The translations under genes were made by a program, and so were the position numbers. A stretch of DNA of 63,203 bases from a virus (taxonomy: Duplodnaviria; Caudoviricetes): the IMG/VR virus record IMGVR_UViG_3300025889_000117, positions 1 through 63,203 of that record; one strand, written 5' to 3'. Of the stretch, positions 28,458-39,056 are shown in pieces. Numbering within the stretch: position 1 is the first letter of the stretch; each line of letters begins with the position of its first letter. Below the pieces are notes generated by a model. That model saw only the letters and a program-made list of their open reading frames with translations, had not been told where the DNA came from and searched no databases.

Positions 28458-29171
28458 TTAAAGCTTTTGTTCTATAAGGATTAATTTTTTCCATAGATCA
28501 GTTTCATAATCATCTATGTTTATTTTAAATGCCTTTAATTTACCATCCCATGATATAACAATTATAACGCCTTGTTTTATTTTCTCGCCCGTACAGAATT
28601 CCCACATTTTACTATATGCACATAATTGAGTAAAGTAATTTCTTTTTTCACATTCTGATTTTGTTTTCATTTTCCTACTGTTTTTAAAATCTATTATAGA
28701 TAATACACCATCATATTCTGCTATACAATCACTAGTTCCCGCTAACTCTAGTTCATCTGAATAAATAGGAATTTCTATTCCATGTATATTATCTATATGT
28801 TCATTTAAATGATTATGTAAAGGTTCAAACAAGCTGTTAAGATCTACTGGATATTCTCTATCTGTCTGTATTTCTACTATTTTATCATTGTTTAAATGTA
28901 CCTCGGCATATTTATGTAGAGCATTTCCCACATCAAGGGAATCAACACTTATCTGATGGCATATTTTTTCTGCTTTTAATTCGGTACAATTATGTTTTTT
29001 TGCAACTGAAGCTATCCAAAATTTTTTCCATTCTCCATCATCTAGTAATTTAAACATTGTAGTAATACTTGGGTATCTTTTACCTTTATCTGTTATATAA
29101 TAATGCCCTGTATCATCATGATCTGTTTTAACAAAAGGTCTTTCTATATTATGTTTTACATGAGTAAACAT
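28458..29171 (-). CDS. PD-(D/E)XK exonuclease
   Basis: YPSITT, GN.LH, AGTSDCIAEYDG.LSIIDFKNS, QLCAY. Confidence 0.85.
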   Translation of the reverse strand: MFTHVKHNIERPFVKTDHDDTGHYYITDKGKRYPSITTMFKLLDDGEWKKFWIASVAKKHNCTELKAEKICHQISVDSLDVGNALHKYAEVHLNNDKIVEIQTDREYPVDLNSLFEPLHNHLNEHIDNIHGIEIPIYSDELELAGTSDCIAEYDGVLSIIDFKNSRKMKTKSECEKRNYFTQLCAYSKMWEFCTGEKIKQGVIIVISWDGKLKAFKINIDDYETDLWKKLILIEQKL

Positions 29172-29201
29172 TTATTTATTTGTAGTTGTACAACTATTTA
29201 T

Positions 29202-29354
29202 ATGTTTCAAGATATATTAAAAGAACTTGTTAAAATAACAGAGAGTTTACAAACTACTAATAAATTACTTTCTCAAATTGAAGAAAATCTAAGAGTTCCT
29301 AATATGGTTGAATGGGCTGAATATAGAAAATCATTAAAGAGTGGTATCAACTAA
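29202..29354 (+). CDS. Small coiled-coil protein on the opposite strand
   Basis: MFQDILKEL...; TTTATT ~25 nt upstream. Confidence 0.4.
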   Translation: MFQDILKELVKITESLQTTNKLLSQIEENLRVPNMVEWAEYRKSLKSGIN

Positions 29355-31115
29355 TCCATCTTGTGTTGAACTTGTTTTTATAAACTCATCATATTGATCA
29401 ATTATGTTTTCACCCATATGTACAACTGTGATTCCTTCTGGATAATTATATTCTATATGAGTTATAATCTCTCTTCCATCTTTGCTTTCATCATTTACAC
29501 CTAATCTTTGAGCTGTACTACCTACTTCTCTTCTAATAGTAACATCGTGATTAGTTCTTATATGATGTAAATAAGCTGGTGCTTTTACTACCCATCTTTT
29601 CCCTGCATTTACAACTAGAGCGAGATTAAGTACTATTATATTTGCATATGTGTTTAAATCACCATTGTTATCTAATTGAAATAAATTTTTTCTATATGTT
29701 CTATTTATACCATCATTAGGAAACAAATAACTATATCCATAAGTACCACCTCTTCCTGTAAAAACAAGTTCATTGTTTCCTTTTGCATTAGTGGTGGCTG
29801 TAGTCTGTATATCATATCTATAACTACCATCATTTTGATCAAATTCATAATTAGCTCTTGTACCATTATCGGTTTCTATTATAACTATTCCTTGTGGAGT
29901 TATATTGAAAACTACACCTGCATATACTGTTAATATGGTTAAAACATCTATGGCTGCTCCTTGTAAATGTATATTTCCAAGTAACCCCGCTCTTGCAAAT
30001 GAGTCACCCGGAAAAATTTTAACTACAAAATCTATATTAGAACTTGTTGAAGCTTCATCAACTATAGTCTGTGCTATTGTTTTAAATGCTGTACTTGATA
30101 ATGGATATGATGTAGGTGGTGAAGCTCCAGCAGATGAACCTATTTTGCTTTTTAAAACTTGTACTGATATACTCTGTGCATGAGCAATATTGTGGGTTAG
30201 TCTTTCATCTATTTTCCATACTCTTCCTTTAAATTTTAAAGTTGCAAGTTGTTGTTTTGACATTCTAATTCTTTCTGCATCTTCCTCACTTAAATGCCCG
30301 CCACAATATACTCTAACCTGATAGAAATAACCTTCAAAATGTTCAGAACCAGCAAAACTGTCACCAAATCTCATTGTACCACCTGATGGTTGTAAACTTG
30401 CAGAAGTGGTATAATCTCCATCATCTACACCCATAACCTGTAATCTAATGACATTATCGGCTTTTCTAAATACACGGATCATCATTGGTGATTGAAAAAA
30501 CTGTCTAGGAAAAACTGGTTCATTATTACCAACAATGGTTTGTGTTCCTACTCCATCATGTATTCTAACATATGCTCTAGCATTTAGATCATTTCCAGAT
30601 ACTTGATCACCAGTAATACCTATTTCCAATCCGTTTGTTCCATCTGTAAAACTCCATAGTATTATAATATCACCTGTACCTACAAATGGATCAGTAAAGG
30701 GTGCAAATCTTATAATTATATCAAATTGTTTCGATAAATCTATATCAGGATTATTATATAATATAGGATTAGATGAACCTGTTGGAAAATGAAGAATAGG
30801 GCGACCTCTAAATTGAGCACTACTACCACTTTGTTCAATAAATCTAGTTTCATCTGGATCTACTGTTGGATCATTGTCAAAACAACTTTCATCTTTACAT
30901 GATAGATTAAAATTATATACTGCTTTTATATAATCTACATCTGCAATATCATGTATAAGACAAACCATATCTCCTTTTCTGATTCTATTATTTGCTGGTA
31001 ATTTTACAGATAAGGTATCAGGTTTTTTTGTTCCAAAATAATTCATTTTAAATTGAGATGGAGTATATCTTCTATTTTTTATTCCATCATATACATTTAC
31101 TTTACATTTACTCAT
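29334..31115 (-). CDS. Baseplate hub / tail protein with inserted LamG-like domain
   Basis: Follows distal tail gene; MRFGD...FEG....VRVY...LS.E. Confidence 0.65.
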   Translation of the reverse strand: MSKCKVNVYDGIKNRRYTPSQFKMNYFGTKKPDTLSVKLPANNRIRKGDMVCLIHDIADVDYIKAVYNFNLSCKDESCFDNDPTVDPDETRFIEQSGSSAQFRGRPILHFPTGSSNPILYNNPDIDLSKQFDIIIRFAPFTDPFVGTGDIIILWSFTDGTNGLEIGITGDQVSGNDLNARAYVRIHDGVGTQTIVGNNEPVFPRQFFQSPMMIRVFRKADNVIRLQVMGVDDGDYTTSASLQPSGGTMRFGDSFAGSEHFEGYFYQVRVYCGGHLSEEDAERIRMSKQQLATLKFKGRVWKIDERLTHNIAHAQSISVQVLKSKIGSSAGASPPTSYPLSSTAFKTIAQTIVDEASTSSNIDFVVKIFPGDSFARAGLLGNIHLQGAAIDVLTILTVYAGVVFNITPQGIVIIETDNGTRANYEFDQNDGSYRYDIQTTATTNAKGNNELVFTGRGGTYGYSYLFPNDGINRTYRKNLFQLDNNGDLNTYANIIVLNLALVVNAGKRWVVKAPAYLHHIRTNHDVTIRREVGSTAQRLGVNDESKDGREIITHIEYNYPEGITVVHMGENIIDQYDEFIKTSSTQDGLVDTTL

Positions 31116-31876
31116 GCTAGATCCACCTCAAGTAATGGTGAGGGTTCTCCTACACCTACATCAGATCTTGCTCTAACCATAACTAAATATTTTTGACCTG
31201 AACTTAAACTTCCAACTGTTATTGGTGAGGAAGTTGTAACAGATGTTGACCATGCACCTGAACTTGGTAATCTATAATATACGACATAATCATTAATTGT
31301 AGAAGATCCAGAATCAAATGGTGTAGTCCATGAAGCATCAAAGGAAGTAGTTGTATTCTTTGTTACTGTGAAGTTTAATGGTCTTGTAGGTGCATCAATT
31401 TCATATACAGTGAAAACTCTTCCTTCTATGAACTCAATACTTGCATTAAAAGTAAGTGTTTCTGCACCATCTGTATTAAACATCATTTTTGTTATTGATC
31501 CATACCATATAATGGTATTTCCCGGATAATCAATTTGTAAAGCATATGAATCATCAATGGATTTATTAACAAAAAAATCTTTAAAATGCACTAATTGTCC
31601 ATGCACTGTTGCTGTATTAGATCTTTCTGTTTGAGAGTTATCTAAAAATCTATTACTTGATTCATCTTTTAATTTCCATGAAATTGTGATTTGAGATGAA
31701 TTTCCTTCCATTTTTATAAGAACGTTTTCATCTGATCTTTCTTCAGGTAAAGGTGCTGGTGTTACAGGGGTGTTAATACTATAAGATAATCTTGTAAAGT
31801 TTGGAAATAGAAAAGTCTCTCTTAATTCAGTTGCACTAGCATCAAAATATGTTTTGATTAATTTAATCTGAACCAT
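31112..31876 (-). CDS. Distal tail-like protein with C-terminal fibronectin type III domain
   Basis: P..P.NF, SWT.P.DSGSS.I.DY.V.Y, L.SG..Y.V.VRA....G.G.PS. Confidence 0.75.
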   Translation of the reverse strand: MVQIKLIKTYFDASATELRETFLFPNFTRLSYSINTPVTPAPLPEERSDENVLIKMEGNSSQITISWKLKDESSNRFLDNSQTERSNTATVHGQLVHFKDFFVNKSIDDSYALQIDYPGNTIIWYGSITKMMFNTDGAETLTFNASIEFIEGRVFTVYEIDAPTRPLNFTVTKNTTTSFDASWTTPFDSGSSTINDYVVYYRLPSSGAWSTSVTTSSPITVGSLSSGQKYLVMVRARSDVGVGEPSPLLEVDLA

Positions 31877-32979
31877 TATCCATTACTTCCTTGATTGTAT
31901 CCTGAAAACAAGTCGTTGAAAAATGCTCCCGCATCATTGATTCTATCTGAAAAGTATTTTCCAGCATTATCAAATGTTGCATATACTGTATTATTATTTG
32001 TAGTGTTACCTCTATTGTCATCTTTATTACCACCAGTAAAGAATTCCCAAATACCTAAGAAAAAGTCTCTTATAGTATCAATTACAGTTGAAATTTCTGT
32101 TTTTAATGCGTTAAAGGCATTATTTATATCTGTAAATGATGGTAATCTTAATGAAGCTTTAAACCAAGCTATTTTATTTGTAAGATCACTCCATTTAGGT
32201 AAAGGTAAATTCATTACCCATGTTGTCATTTTTATATACAAATCAGTTGTCCAATCAGGTAAAGTCAAATTATCTATAAATTCTGTAAGTTTATCACCTA
32301 GATCTAAATCAAATCGAGGTAAAGAAAATAAGTTTACAAAGTCAGTAATTTTATCACTTAAAAGTGTTGAAGCTGGTAATTCAAATGTTGATAACCATTC
32401 ATCTGCTGATAGTGCTATATCATTAAATACTTTTGAGGCTTTTTCATAATCTGAGCTTATTTGTGTAGCAGCCATATCATATGCTTTTTGAAAGTCACCT
32501 GTAACTATTGCTGTCAATCCTTCCCAATTACTTTGTAAGTTTTTCGTAGCTTCAAGACCTAACCATACACCTAACTGTCGCATTATAGGTGCAGCTAAAC
32601 GATAAAATGGTAAAGCTATTGTTCTTATAAACCAAATCATAATTGGTCTAAGGAAAAATCCAAAAAAGTCCCCAATAGGTCTTAACAAAAACATAACACC
32701 GACATTCATTAGTTTTAAAACACTTTGTAATATAGGTGAAGCATCTACAGTCATAGATGCTATCTTACTTACAAAGGTGACTATTGCTAGTACACCACCA
32801 GCGATCATTCCTAATTTACCAAGATTTTTTGCTATATCTCCCCTTCCACCACCAGTAACACCTGCGAGAGCACTTTGACCAACAGTTCCACCGCCAACTA
32901 TATTTTTCAATCTTTTTTCTATTTCTTTGATTTTACTATCATCTATTGCTATTTTTAATGTATATGCATTACTACTCAA
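31876..32979 (-). CDS. Short tape measure protein
   Basis: Follows the chaperone genes; amphipathic helices with periodic LP.W/F. Confidence 0.65.
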   Translation of the reverse strand: MSSNAYTLKIAIDDSKIKEIEKRLKNIVGGGTVGQSALAGVTGGGRGDIAKNLGKLGMIAGGVLAIVTFVSKIASMTVDASPILQSVLKLMNVGVMFLLRPIGDFFGFFLRPIMIWFIRTIALPFYRLAAPIMRQLGVWLGLEATKNLQSNWEGLTAIVTGDFQKAYDMAATQISSDYEKASKVFNDIALSADEWLSTFELPASTLLSDKITDFVNLFSLPRFDLDLGDKLTEFIDNLTLPDWTTDLYIKMTTWVMNLPLPKWSDLTNKIAWFKASLRLPSFTDINNAFNALKTEISTVIDTIRDFFLGIWEFFTGGNKDDNRGNTTNNNTVYATFDNAGKYFSDRINDAGAFFNDLFSGYNQGSNG

Positions 32980-33182
32980 AATTTAACACCGCCAATAACA
33001 TCTTTGATCATTCCCATACTTATAAATATTGTATCCATTATATAAGTTGCAGGTAGTTTATCTACTTGATATTTATCCCAGCCATATAATAATGCACAAT
33101 AAGCGTAAACTTGACCACTTATGTTGTCTCTTGGGACATAAGTCCTTCCATTCCCAGATTGCTGAAATAACTCTCTAAAGGG
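32976..33182 (-). CDS. -1 frameshift extension (gpGT-like) of the tail assembly chaperone
   Basis: In-frame slippery heptamer C CCT TTA at 33176-33182; -1 frame open to TGA at 32976-32978, encoding ...YCALLYGWDKYQVDKLPATY... Confidence 0.75.
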   Translation of the reverse strand, partial: PFRELFQQSGNGRTYVPRDNISGQVYAYCALLYGWDKYQVDKLPATYIMDTIFISMGMIKDVIGGVKF

Positions 33183-33475
33183 ATAATTTTCAATATCTCT
33201 CCTAAGATAACACTAACTTCACTCATTGGTAGTTCTTTCATTTTTACCATGTTAGTAGCTGGGAATGGTAGTCCTTCTAATATTGTTTTCTGTAATAAGA
33301 AATCACAGAAGTTACTAAACAAAAAATCTTTTTGACCATTATCTAAAACTTTTACTGATCGTGTTAAAAGATCCTGAGTTTCTCCCCAAGATAAATCAGT
33401 TTTAATTTTTAATGTTGTATCATTTCCATTAATTTTACATTGAAAAGAGTGTACGTTTATGTTGTTAACTGACAT
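33119..33475 (-). CDS. Tail assembly chaperone (gpG-like)
   Basis: Lies between tail tube and tape measure genes; slippery site near 3' end. Confidence 0.7.
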   Translation of the reverse strand: MSVNNINVHSFQCKINGNDTTLKIKTDLSWGETQDLLTRSVKVLDNGQKDFLFSNFCDFLLQKTILEGLPFPATNMVKMKELPMSEVSVILGEILKIIPLESYFSNLGMEGLMSQETT

Positions 33476-33509
33476 ATAGATTGTATAATATAAGAATATA
33501 TAAGTCTTT

Positions 33510-34490
33510 CTAAGGTATTGCTGTTACTTCGTTCTTTGCAACAACATTAATACTTCTTGCTTGGAAGTCCATGTTTTCCAATACTAATTCTCCGGGACTT
33601 AAACCTGTGTTGTTATGAGCTGAAAAACTTACACCTGATAATGTAATTGTAACACTTCTTTCTCCATCACCTGCAACACCATTTGAAATTGTTATAACCA
33701 TATCATTTGCTGATTCTGCCCTTGCATATACTTCTTCTAAAAATGTTGAATCTTTAACTGTAACTGTAACCTTACCAGTCAACTCTAAAATTTTTCTATA
33801 AGCATCTGCTGCATCAGCAGTTCCTAACTCATAAACCAATTCTGATTGACTGTTCATGTTTAATTCAAAGTCTTGAACTGTTGCGAGTGTTGATCCTGTT
33901 AATGGTGATGTAATTGAGGCATGAACAAATGTATAACCAATCTCTCCCGGCATTGTTGTTGCAGTTGGACTAGCAAATGTTTGATTAACTGTTTCTGAAC
34001 CCCATACTAATTCTTGTGAAATTTTAACTGTTTCACCTAATGCTGATTTTAATGATAATGTAGGACATACAACACCGATAGGTAATCTAACGAAATCAGT
34101 ATCTACTCCATAACCAATTCTTAATGCCATTGATTTTGTGGTTCTTATATCTGTGTTTACTGTTGGATCAGAATCCCATGTATGAGAATATAATAAACCA
34201 GCACCGACACCATCAATATCTGCTGAAACACCTGAATATAAAATTGATTCAAAAAACCATGGATTTGCCAATACAAACTCCATAGATAATTTTCCTTCAC
34301 TTTTTCCATAAGCATAACAAGTAATTTCAGGTGAGTATAATTGTCCTAAAGGCATTTGATTGTTTTTAAATTCCAAACCATTTGCTTTTTGTTCTTTTCC
34401 AAATAACATAGGGAAACTACCAGCTGCACCAGCTTTAAAATTTGGTTCATAAGCATATTCTACATATATACTGGATGCAGATTTAGTCAT
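33510..34490 (-). CDS. Major tail tube protein
   Basis: Size and position; YE..F N-terminus, VQDFELNMN...YELG, ELTGK.T. Confidence 0.75.
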   Translation of the reverse strand: MTKSASSIYVEYAYEPNFKAGAAGSFPMLFGKEQKANGLEFKNNQMPLGQLYSPEITCYAYGKSEGKLSMEFVLANPWFFESILYSGVSADIDGVGAGLLYSHTWDSDPTVNTDIRTTKSMALRIGYGVDTDFVRLPIGVVCPTLSLKSALGETVKISQELVWGSETVNQTFASPTATTMPGEIGYTFVHASITSPLTGSTLATVQDFELNMNSQSELVYELGTADAADAYRKILELTGKVTVTVKDSTFLEEVYARAESANDMVITISNGVAGDGERSVTITLSGVSFSAHNNTGLSPGELVLENMDFQARSINVVAKNEVTAIP

Positions 34491-34526
34491 ATTATAAACC
34501 TTATAAGCATATTATTTAAATATTCT

Positions 34527-35000
34527 TTATGGGTTATATCTCAGAGTATCAACATCTATGGTGTACCTATAAATGTTTCTAAATTCTTCATTTAAAGATG
34601 TTATATTACTAGGTAACATTTGAATATATTCTCTTCCATTTATGGTTGTAACTACATTGTTTTTTAATATCCTTACACATTCGTCAACCAACTGAAGAAC
34701 CCTAGCCTCACTTACACTAGAATATATGTCTATAGTTACTGAAATTTCATGTAGCCAATCATAGTTCCATTTTCCATCAGCACCTATTCCTGAAATCATG
34801 CTAAAGATTTTTGGGTTTTCAGAGTCTAGGCTTATAATTACTTCATCATATCCTTTTGTTCCTACACCTAGAGCTTTAACTTTCCACTGTGTAGTAAAGT
34901 TTGGTTTCTTACCACCGTTGGAAGTCCAATTATCACCAAGATGTTTTACCAAGTCGTTTGCAAATGGGAGTCCACCCATTCCATCTGTTCTAGTACTCAC
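34527..35000 (-). CDS. Tail terminator/completion protein
   Basis: Position; VTIDIYS...LVDECVRIL, YRYTIDV. Confidence 0.6.
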   Translation of the reverse strand: MSTRTDGMGGLPFANDLVKHLGDNWTSNGGKKPNFTTQWKVKALGVGTKGYDEVIISLDSENPKIFSMISGIGADGKWNYDWLHEISVTIDIYSSVSEARVLQLVDECVRILKNNVVTTINGREYIQMLPSNITSLNEEFRNIYRYTIDVDTLRYNP

Positions 35001-35611
35001 TTATAACGCCTCATCTTTTTATAATATCTATTTACTTTATTAAGATTTTTGTTTCCTTTTTTGGTTGTACTACTTATTGTTTTTATTGCTTTTGTAAGTT
35101 TTCTGTTTAATTTTTTCATGGCTTTTTTAAACTTTCTTGCAAATTTACTTCCTTGTGGTTTTCTAGGAGCTCTTACTGTTGCAACACTGCTTTGTCCTAT
35201 GAATTTCTTTAATGCCTTTTTTATAAACCATTTTGGTTTCAAACCTTTGTTTAATATTTTGTTATAAATTTTATAAGTTACATCCATTAAATTTTCATCA
35301 GGTATTCCTAGTTTTTTACTAACCCAATATTTTAGTGCATCAAAATTAACTTTATTTCCCGGAGCCATACCATACTCAATTATATAACCATATGGAGAAT
35401 CAACTACGATCATACTTACATTGTTTTCTGTGACCATATGAATAGAATCCGTGAGTTTTCCTGTGAAATTAATATCTTCTGTACCTAATGTATTTTTCAT
35501 ATGATGTATTATTCTTTTTCTCATATGATCTTTCATTTTTTTCATTTCTATTTTATTTTGAGGATCTAAATAATCATCTTGTATTGGTTGAGTTGATGTA
35601 ATTGCTGACAT
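34997..35611 (-). CDS. HK97 gp10-like neck protein with highly basic C-terminus
   Basis: TGKL.DSI, PYG..IEYG..PG, PKWFIKKA. Confidence 0.65.
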   Translation of the reverse strand: MSAITSTQPIQDDYLDPQNKIEMKKMKDHMRKRIIHHMKNTLGTEDINFTGKLTDSIHMVTENNVSMIVVDSPYGYIIEYGMAPGNKVNFDALKYWVSKKLGIPDENLMDVTYKIYNKILNKGLKPKWFIKKALKKFIGQSSVATVRAPRKPQGSKFARKFKKAMKKLNRKLTKAIKTISSTTKKGNKNLNKVNRYYKKMRRYK

Positions 35612-35612
35612 T

Positions 35613-36275
35613 CTACCATACGAAGGTTATTTCACTTCTACTCCAAATTATATTATCAATTTCTTCTTGCCATCTATCCATAACTTTTTGTTTGTCAATA
35701 TTTCCCTCTCCACCATATGCAATTTGTGACATTTGAAAATCAGTGCTAAGTATATCTATACAAGTCATTAATTTACAGGCTTTTTGAATATCTCTAGGAA
35801 CTGTATCTTCTTCTGCTGGATTGACTTCATTATCTCCCCCATATCTATAAGTAACTCTGAATCTATTTGTTCTTAATGGTGTAAACAAATATCCTCTAAG
35901 ATAAACCATTCCTTTAATTTCTTGAAAATAAACTATTGAGTTATTGTCTTGTGATTGAGGTGTTTGATCTGACCAATATGCACCATCCCAAACTTCAAAT
36001 TTATCTCCTTTTGTTGGATCAAAAGGTTTTAAATTTCTTTTTCTTGGGAATAATGGCATGCCTCTACCCCAATCATATAATTGATTAACTGAAAATTCTT
36101 GTGTTACTTTTTTATCTACTAACCATGTATGTCCTGTTAAACGATCAATTCTATCTTCGTTAGACATTATATAATCCTCTACAATGGAAGCACTAGGATC
36201 AGAATTGGCATTTATTGTAATTCTGAGCCAATCTGCTACATCCTTAACCTGACAATAATATGCTGATCGTGGCAT
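35613..36275 (-). CDS. Head-tail adaptor
   Basis: YC.V.DV, IDRLTG, VTYRYG, VPRDIQKAC. Confidence 0.75.
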   Translation of the reverse strand: MPRSAYYCQVKDVADWLRITINANSDPSASIVEDYIMSNEDRIDRLTGHTWLVDKKVTQEFSVNQLYDWGRGMPLFPRKRNLKPFDPTKGDKFEVWDGAYWSDQTPQSQDNNSIVYFQEIKGMVYLRGYLFTPLRTNRFRVTYRYGGDNEVNPAEEDTVPRDIQKACKLMTCIDILSTDFQMSQIAYGGEGNIDKQKVMDRWQEEIDNIIWSRSEITFVW

Positions 36276-36308
36276 AACTTGTATAAAAACTTATTCTATT
36301 TAAATTTA

Positions 36309-36575
36309 CTATTCATATATGACGTTGACTTCGCCTGTAGTTCCACTTGCTACAGTTACATATAAAGCATCTTTAAATCCTAAATCTAGGTCTTGATGAA
36401 TTTGATATATTAATGCTGTATCCATTTCATATATGATGTTACCCGATGCATTTACTTCTCTAAATTCTAATACTCTGTCCCCAGTTGTCTTAATATTAAT
36501 ATGTCTAAGTTTACCTGATCTACCAACTACTTCACCTGCTGCACCAGCAGTTTTATGAGCATTACGACCTGACAT
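36309..36575 (-). CDS. Small virion protein
   Basis: Beta-rich; located in head module. Confidence 0.55.
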   Translation of the reverse strand: MSGRNAHKTAGAAGEVVGRSGKLRHINIKTTGDRVLEFREVNASGNIIYEMDTALIYQIHQDLDLGFKDALYVTVASGTTGEVNVIYE

Positions 36576-36616
36576 ATATTTATAAGAAAAATAAAAGTAT
36601 TTAAGTATTTTTATAC

Positions 36617-37015
36617 TTAAATTCCACGGATTCTACAGGTCAATGTTAGACCTTGAATGAGTGCTGAAGTATCTGCGATCTCATCTAGTGCTGTGATAGA
36701 TCCACCACCAGCTGCTTCATCAATACCATAGAATTTTATTTTACCAGTTGCAGAATCGTTGCCTGCTGCTGGTACAAATTCGCATAAGAAACCACCATGA
36801 CCTTGTATGATTTCACATACATATACTTGTTTCATGGTTGCACCTACACCTGAAAAATCAACAGTAATACCACCAGTTGAGTAGGTAGTTGTTGCAGTGA
36901 TGGCTACATCAACAATCACTTCTTTTTCTCTACCAATTCCACCCGGCTTTACGACATATGATCTGTCTGCATTTAGGTGTTTGAATGTGGTATTTTCTGT
37001 GATGGTAATTGCCAT
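36617..37015 (-). CDS. Putative capsid decoration/cement protein
   Basis: Directly downstream of MCP; YSTGG, GKIKFY. Confidence 0.55.
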   Translation of the reverse strand: MAITITENTTFKHLNADRSYVVKPGGIGREKEVIVDVAITATTTYSTGGITVDFSGVGATMKQVYVCEIIQGHGGFLCEFVPAAGNDSATGKIKFYGIDEAAGGGSITALDEIADTSALIQGLTLTCRIRGI

Positions 37016-37057
37016 TATTATAATACTAAAAATTGAGGTATATAAGTATTATTAATG

Positions 37058-37090
37058 TAAAAAAAAATAAAAAAAGGGGTTTTTTTATAT
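37058..37090 (-). terminator. Archaeal oligo-T terminator after the major capsid gene
   Basis: Minus strand reads CCCCTTTTTTTATTTTTTTTT right after the stop. Confidence 0.6.
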
Positions 37091-38332
37091 CTAGATTCCT
37101 GAAGCGATGTCTCTAATCTTGGCTTGTGCTTTAAAGTTGCGACAAGTGGTTTCTGCTAACATATTGTACAAAGCTCTGTCTGTGAAAGCTTCGTTAATGA
37201 AAGGATAACCTTGTTGTCTCTTTCCAGCTTCATAATAAACGATTGGTTTGAGTACTTGAATACCCAATAATGGTTTATTTGGAGCGTTTTTGTCTGCACT
37301 GGTGTTTAAGATATACAAGTTATCTACTGATCCTTCTGTACTTTGTGCTGTATCCTTTGATGGGATAAATGGAAGTCCATATACTGTGGATATATGAAGT
37401 CCCGCACCTGTGCCAGTAAAGGTATCAACACCGTTTACACCAACACTAAATTCTGTTCTAAGGTCTGCTGTATTTTGGATACGGTAAGCGTTCATGTAGA
37501 TTGATTGAACTTCAGAATAAGTATTCTGACCACCAATCATAACAGTTGGCTCTTTTCCAGCTGCAATTCTAACATCTGCAAGGGTTTCTCTTAGTACTGC
37601 ATCAGTTAATACATCTGCTGTACCTAAAGTACCACTAGGAGATTTTACAGTGGAGTCGTAAGTTGATGTCGTTCTATCAATTCCATTTCCGTTTGCTGCT
37701 CTCCATGGATCATAGAGATCGGTAACGGTTGTTGGATTTTCATAGGTATATTCACCTAATGAAGAAACGATTCTATCAATGGTTTCTAGGTTTAATTGCT
37801 TGTTAGCATCTGTTTGTGCAACATCTTCAGGGATGTACATTAACATTTGGTTAACTCTTTCCTTGAATTGATCTACTGCATAAACACGCTGTTGTGCAAG
37901 TGAACCATAGTTGTCATCTCTAGAGTTGTCAACTAATTGTTCCAAAAGCTCAGAAGCCTCAAATACATACTGTAGAGTCTTTGGCTTACAAGTAACTTCT
38001 TCAACTGTTGGTTTTTGAGTTGCTTGGATTGCTCCACCTTCAACTGTACCACCATCTTCATCAATAGCATCATTGACTGAGGCTGGTTTTACTGCCTTTG
38101 TTGAGAAGATACGCCAACCTGAAAAGTCCCAAACATATTTTGGCAAAGCTGCGAATACGTTTGCTTCTAGGTTGAAGTTAGCCCATGCCATAGCACCGAA
38201 TAGTGGGTTATAGTTACCACCAACACCCGGATCTGCTGTGGTGAAACCTGCCTTCATAATCTCGTCTGGGGTTCTATTATAGGTATAGTTTACCAGCTCA
38301 TCGATAGTACGGAGTCCTAAGTAGTTAGCCAT
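37091..38332 (-). CDS. Major capsid protein (HK97 fold)
   Basis: 413 aa after protease and scaffold; LPK..W..SGWR, G..EG, YGLPFIPS, C.NF..Q.KIRDI. Confidence 0.85.
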   Translation of the reverse strand: MANYLGLRTIDELVNYTYNRTPDEIMKAGFTTADPGVGGNYNPLFGAMAWANFNLEANVFAALPKYVWDFSGWRIFSTKAVKPASVNDAIDEDGGTVEGGAIQATQKPTVEEVTCKPKTLQYVFEASELLEQLVDNSRDDNYGSLAQQRVYAVDQFKERVNQMLMYIPEDVAQTDANKQLNLETIDRIVSSLGEYTYENPTTVTDLYDPWRAANGNGIDRTTSTYDSTVKSPSGTLGTADVLTDAVLRETLADVRIAAGKEPTVMIGGQNTYSEVQSIYMNAYRIQNTADLRTEFSVGVNGVDTFTGTGAGLHISTVYGLPFIPSKDTAQSTEGSVDNLYILNTSADKNAPNKPLLGIQVLKPIVYYEAGKRQQGYPFINEAFTDRALYNMLAETTCRNFKAQAKIRDIASGI

Positions 38333-38333
38333 T

Positions 38334-38996
38334 TCAATACACTCCTGAAGGAAGCCCTAAACCGAACTCTCCTTTCTCGAATCTATTGTGCATTTCTACT
38401 AATGCTGCCTCTGCACTTGAAGTTTTACCGCCAAATCCACCGATTACTGCTTTAAGAACTTGGTATCCAGTAGGATATGTTTGTTCTAAGCCTGTGGATT
38501 TTTGGACAGGTCTAATAGTCTCTACGATTTCATATACGGAATCAGATTTCTTTACTTCTTCTTTTTTCTCGTCTTTCATCTCTTTCTCATCCATTTTTTC
38601 TACTTCTTCGTCATCATCTTTCTTTTCATCTTTGTCATCATCTGCTTTATTCTCCAATTTCAGATCATCTGTTTTGGATTCTGCAACAGCTGGTGCGATG
38701 ATAGAAGCTTGTGCCTCAGAAGGTTTTGGTGCAACTTCGTTGCCTGCAACGACTGGTTGACCAACATCGTCTGCATCTTCGGTTTTTGGCTTTGATTCAG
38801 CCTCAATACCTTGATCGACTGGATTAGCATTTCTTTCTTTAATTAAAGTTGCAAGGTGTTCGAATTTTTTCTCGAAAGAATCAATTCTTGCTTCTTGTGC
38901 TTTAACTAATTGTGCTAAAATTGATGTAACTGAAGTTTCAGTCTCATCTGATTTTCGTACTTCAGAAATTTCTTTTGTAGATTCTTCTGTAGTCAT
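38334..38996 (-). CDS. Capsid scaffolding protein
   Basis: Acidic coiled-coil protein between protease and MCP. Confidence 0.7.
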   Translation of the reverse strand: MTTEESTKEISEVRKSDETETSVTSILAQLVKAQEARIDSFEKKFEHLATLIKERNANPVDQGIEAESKPKTEDADDVGQPVVAGNEVAPKPSEAQASIIAPAVAESKTDDLKLENKADDDKDEKKDDDEEVEKMDEKEMKDEKKEEVKKSDSVYEIVETIRPVQKSTGLEQTYPTGYQVLKAVIGGFGGKTSSAEAALVEMHNRFEKGEFGLGLPSGVY

Positions 38997-39056
38997 GTTG
39001 TTAATATAAACCTAAATTTTATAGTATATAAATATTAATTTATAAATTGATATTAT

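Noticed and set aside
28458-29171. Cas4
   Set aside because: PD-(D/E)XK core present but the four-Cys Fe-S arrangement is not; treated as a generic viral exonuclease
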